64,000 nt of DNA from Heterodontus francisci. Lineage: Eukaryota. Location of the stretch: positions 54,783,317 through 54,847,316 of the forward strand of contig NC_090376.1 of assembly GCF_036365525.1 (NCBI RefSeq). Reading direction: 5' to 3'. This document shows, piece after piece, positions 60,609 through 64,000 of the stretch. The first letter of the stretch is position 1, and each line of letters opens with the position of its first letter. The notes below the pieces were generated by a model that did not search any database, had not been told where the DNA came from, and was given only the letters and a program-made list of their open reading frames with translations. The translations under genes and the position numbers were made by a program.

Positions 60609-62801
60609 GCTAATATAAAAGGAAACCCCAAAGTCTTCGATATGCATATAAGTAGTAAAAAAAAAGGTGGTAAAAGGAGGGGTAGGGCCGATTAGGGACC
60701 AAAAAGTGGACTTACACATGGAGGCAGGGGGAATAGCTGAGGTAGTAAATTAATACTTTGCATCTATCTTTACCAAGGAAGAAGATACTACCCAGGCCAA
60801 GATGAAAGAGGGGACAATTAATGCACTAGAATGATTTGAAATTGATAAGGAGGAGGTATTAGATAGGCTGTCTATAATTAAATTGATAAGGTACCAGGAC
60901 CAGATGAGATGCATCCAAGAATACTGAGGGAAGTGAGAGTGGAAATTGCGGAGGCACCGGCCATAATTGTCCAGTCTACCTGCGACTCAGGGGTGGTGCC
61001 AGAGGACTGGAGAATGTAAATGTTATACCCTTGTTCAAAAAAGGATGTATGATAAGCCCAGCAACTACAGGCCAGTCAGTTTAACTTCGGTGGTGGGGAA
61101 ACCTCTAGAAACAATAACTCGGGAAAAATTTATAGTCACATGGACAAATGCGGGTTAATTAAGGAAAGCCAGCACAGATTTGTTAAGGGAAAATCACGTT
61201 TAACTAACTTTCTGGAGTTCTTCGATGGGGTAATGGAGAGGGTTAGTGAGGGAAATTCTGTGTACATGGATTTCCAAAAGGCATTTGATGCAGTGCTGCA
61301 CAACAGACTTGTGAGCAAAGTTATAGCTCATGGAATAAAAGGAACAGTAGCAACATGGATATGAAATCGGCTGTGTGACAAGAAACAAAGACTAGTGATT
61401 AAAGGATTTTTTTGGGCTGGAGGAAGGTTTGCAGTGGAGTTCCCCAGGGGTCAGTGTTGAGACCCTTGCTTTTTCCTGATATACATTAATGACCAAACCT
61501 TGGCGTATAGGGCACAACTTCAAAATTTGCAGATAACATGAAACTTGGAAGCATTGTGAACTGTAAGGAAGATAGTGTAGAACTTCAAAAGGACAAGTTG
61601 GTGCAATGGACGGTCAAATGGCAGATGAAGTTCAATGCGGAGAAATGTGAAGTGATTCATTTTGGTAGGAAGAACATGGAAAGACAATATAGAATAAAGG
61701 GTAGTTCAGTTTGCTTACCCACTGTTTTTTTTTTCAGGTTTGCACTTGCTGCTGTTCAATATTCTGTGTATTAACACCTAATCTGTACTAATGCTTTGTC
61801 TTTCAACACACCATTAACATATTGTTTGCCTTTGCTCCGTGACTTTTTGGTCAGCTATGTGGCCTGGTCCAATCTGGACCTCCTTTGTTATCTCTTGCCC
61901 CACCCCCACCTCACTTGCTTATAACCTGTGACTTTTCTAATATTTGTCAGTTCCGAAGAAGGGTCACTGACCCGAAACGTTAACTCTGCTTCTCTTTTCA
62001 CAGATGCTGCCAGACCTGCTGAGTGGTTCCAGTATTTCTTGTTTTTATTTTAGAATAAAGGGTACATGTCTAAAGTGGATGGAGGAGCAGAGAGACCTAG
62101 GTGTGCATGTGCATAAGTCATTGAAGTTGGCAGGACAGGTTGAGAGCGATTAATAAAGCATACAGTATTCTAGGTTTTATTAATAGGATCATAGAGTACA
62201 AGAGCAAAGATGTTATGTTGAACTTGTATAAGACACTAGTTCGACCTCAGCTGGAGTATTGCGTCCATTTCTGGGCTTCGCACTTTAGGAAAAGATATGA
62301 AGGCACTGGAGAGAGTGCAGAAAAGATTCACAAGAATGGTTCCAGAGATGAGGAACTTCAGTTATGAAGATAGATTGGAGAAGTTGGGACTGTTCTTCTT
62401 GCAGAAGAGAAGGCTGGGAGGTGATTTGATAGAAGTATTCAAAATCATGAGAGGTCTGGACAGCGTAGATAGGGAGAAACTATTCCCACTCATGAAAGGA
62501 TCAAGAACGAGAAGGCACATATTGAAGGTAATTGGCAACAGAAGCAATGGCGACATGAGGGAAAACTGTTTCACACAGCGAGTGGTTAAGTTCTGGAAAG
62601 CACTGCCTGAGAGTGTGGTGCTGGCAGGTTCAATCGAGGCATTCAAAAAGGAATTAGACTGTTAACTGAAAAGGAAGAATGTGCAGGGTTATGGGGAGCG
62701 GGCAGGGGAGTGGCACTATGTGAATTGCTAATTCTGAGAGCCGGTACAGATGCGATGGGCCAAAGGGCCTCCTTCGTGCTGTAACAATTCTGTGATTCTG
62801 T
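60609..62801 (+). mobile_element. CR1 LINE, degraded RT and 3' tail
   Basis: ORFs 60967, 61140, 61538, 62140 and 62297-62665. (TTCTGTGA)n tail. Confidence 0.93.
61704..62050 (+). mobile_element. 347-bp Penelope-like insertion with hammerhead variant, 14-bp TSD TAGAATAAAGGGTA
   Basis: TSD at 61690-61703 and 62051-62064. AGTT-CCGAAGA-A-GGGTC-ACT-GACCC-GAAACGTT-AACT at 61949-61985. Confidence 0.82.
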
Positions 62802-62924
62802 GCAGCAGTCCCCCAGTGTCAGCCTTGATTTTTGTGCTCAAGCCTTGGAGTGGGACCTGAACCCACTACCTTGTGATTCAGTAGTGAGAATGCTACAAAT
62901 AAGCCATGGCTGACACTATATACC

Positions 62925-63633
62925 TGAGGGTGGATGGGAGGCTGGGAGGGGTGGGGGTGTTGGTGGCAGGGGAATCTGGGGCTTGTGGGGGGGAAGTGGA
63001 GGCTTCATGGGGAAGGTCAGAGGCCTTGGAGGGATCAGAATTCTCAGAGGTAGATCAGAGGCCTGGGGCTGGGATTGAAGGTCTTGGTGGGGTGGGGGAG
63101 ATTGGAAGCTGTGGGGGGCGGGATCAGAGGCCAGGGGTGGGGGCTGGGTGCATGATTAAAAGATGGTGGAAGTTGGAGGCCTGGGGGGAATGAAGGCCAG
63201 AGAGGGTAAAGAAGGCCTATTGGGTGGTGTCAGAGGCCTCGTCGGGGAGGTCAGGAGGCAATCAGAAGGGTGGGGGGATATCCAAATGCAGGGTGTTGCC
63301 CAGGCACGTATGCTTTATCCTGCAGGTAAGTAAAAAGGCACTCACCTCCTGGGTCCTTGCTTGGATGTAGCTGCCATGTTTCCTGAGGCTTGGGAAACCC
63401 AGCCATCCACAGTTAAATTTCAAATGCTGAATAACAATGAGGGTAGAAGTCTCATAATATTTTCAGCACCAACTCATCTCCTTAGACTGGGTTCATTGCC
63501 CGCCTCCTGTCCCCCTTCTGTTAAAACTGGAAGTAGGCAGGTTGGAGGCCAGTTTGGGTCGGGATTCAAGTTTTTAAACACTTTAACCTCCCACCCGTCC
63601 TAAACCCACCCATTTAGAGGTTAAAATTACCCC
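62925..63633 (-). repeat. G-rich tract plus DNA-transposon-like repeat related to 11395-11760
   Basis: Ends ggttaaaattacccc. Internal ggaaaccc and ctcat...ttt motifs are shared with 11395-11760. Confidence 0.4.
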
Positions 63634-64000
63634 ACAGAGTTTAAACCAGGAAGTACAAATTAAAATCATTATTTCATTGTACAATCATGTACAGAAAACA
63701 AAATAGAGGAGAGAGAAAGAAAGATGGGATTAAGAGAGAGAGAGATGAGAGAGACAGAAAGAAAAAGCAAAAAAATGCTATTTTTATATCTCTAACAATA
63801 ATTTAAATTCTGAAGGACATGAGACTCCACACTTGTGAAATTACATTTTTAGTGCCAGAGAGATTATTTGGCACTAATTAAGCCTTTTCACACCTTTAAA
63901 AGTTCACTTACACCTAAATGCCCTAACTTTTTCTAGCATATTTAGTACGTAATTAGTGTGTCGGTACTGCAACTTTGCTTGGGAGCATGGATTTGAATGT

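Larger units (their letters stand above)
60278..62915 (-). mobile_element. Deu-domain SINE split by a CR1 (parts 60278-60608 and 62802-62915)
   Basis: Deu core at 60480-60600, tRNA-like head at 62820-62915. GTGTAGC/GTGCAGC is duplicated at the junctions. Confidence 0.78.

Noticed and set aside
1-64000. CRISPR arrays, operons or other prokaryotic systems
   Set aside because: No repeat-spacer array or gene-dense organisation. The DNA is eukaryotic with spliceosomal introns.

Overview
Vertebrate genomic DNA, almost certainly from an elasmobranch (shark/ray), judged by its HE1-type SINEs, Deu-domain SINEs and dense CR1 LINEs. It is not prokaryotic. The one recognisable host gene is FDX1 (adrenodoxin) on the minus strand: exon 1 (17537-17751, mitochondrial presequence, CpG-island promoter) and exon 2 (6930-7054, [14 protein letters not shown]...LDIDGFG). 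The Cys-ligand exons lie off-window to the left. Neither exon appears in the supplied ORF track. Top observation: FDX1 exon 1 carries an in-frame TGA at codon 8. The same base creates a perfect AG|GTGAGT donor that pairs with an in-frame TTTTAG acceptor 63 nt downstream, a possible nonsense mutation rescued by intron gain. The rest is mostly nested mobile DNA: many CR1 LINEs (one with an uninterrupted APE+RT ORF2), CR1-Zenon-like, L2 and RTE fragments, three SINE families, Gypsy LTRs (one solo LTR nested in another), several PIF/Harbinger remnants (Myb/SANT plus transposase) and four Penelope-type fragments carrying minimal hammerhead-ribozyme motifs. There are also locally templated duplications, a long palindrome, a GA-rich minisatellite and a second NRF1-type promoter with no coding gene assigned. 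All calls were made by eye; TE boundaries are approximate unless a TSD is quoted.
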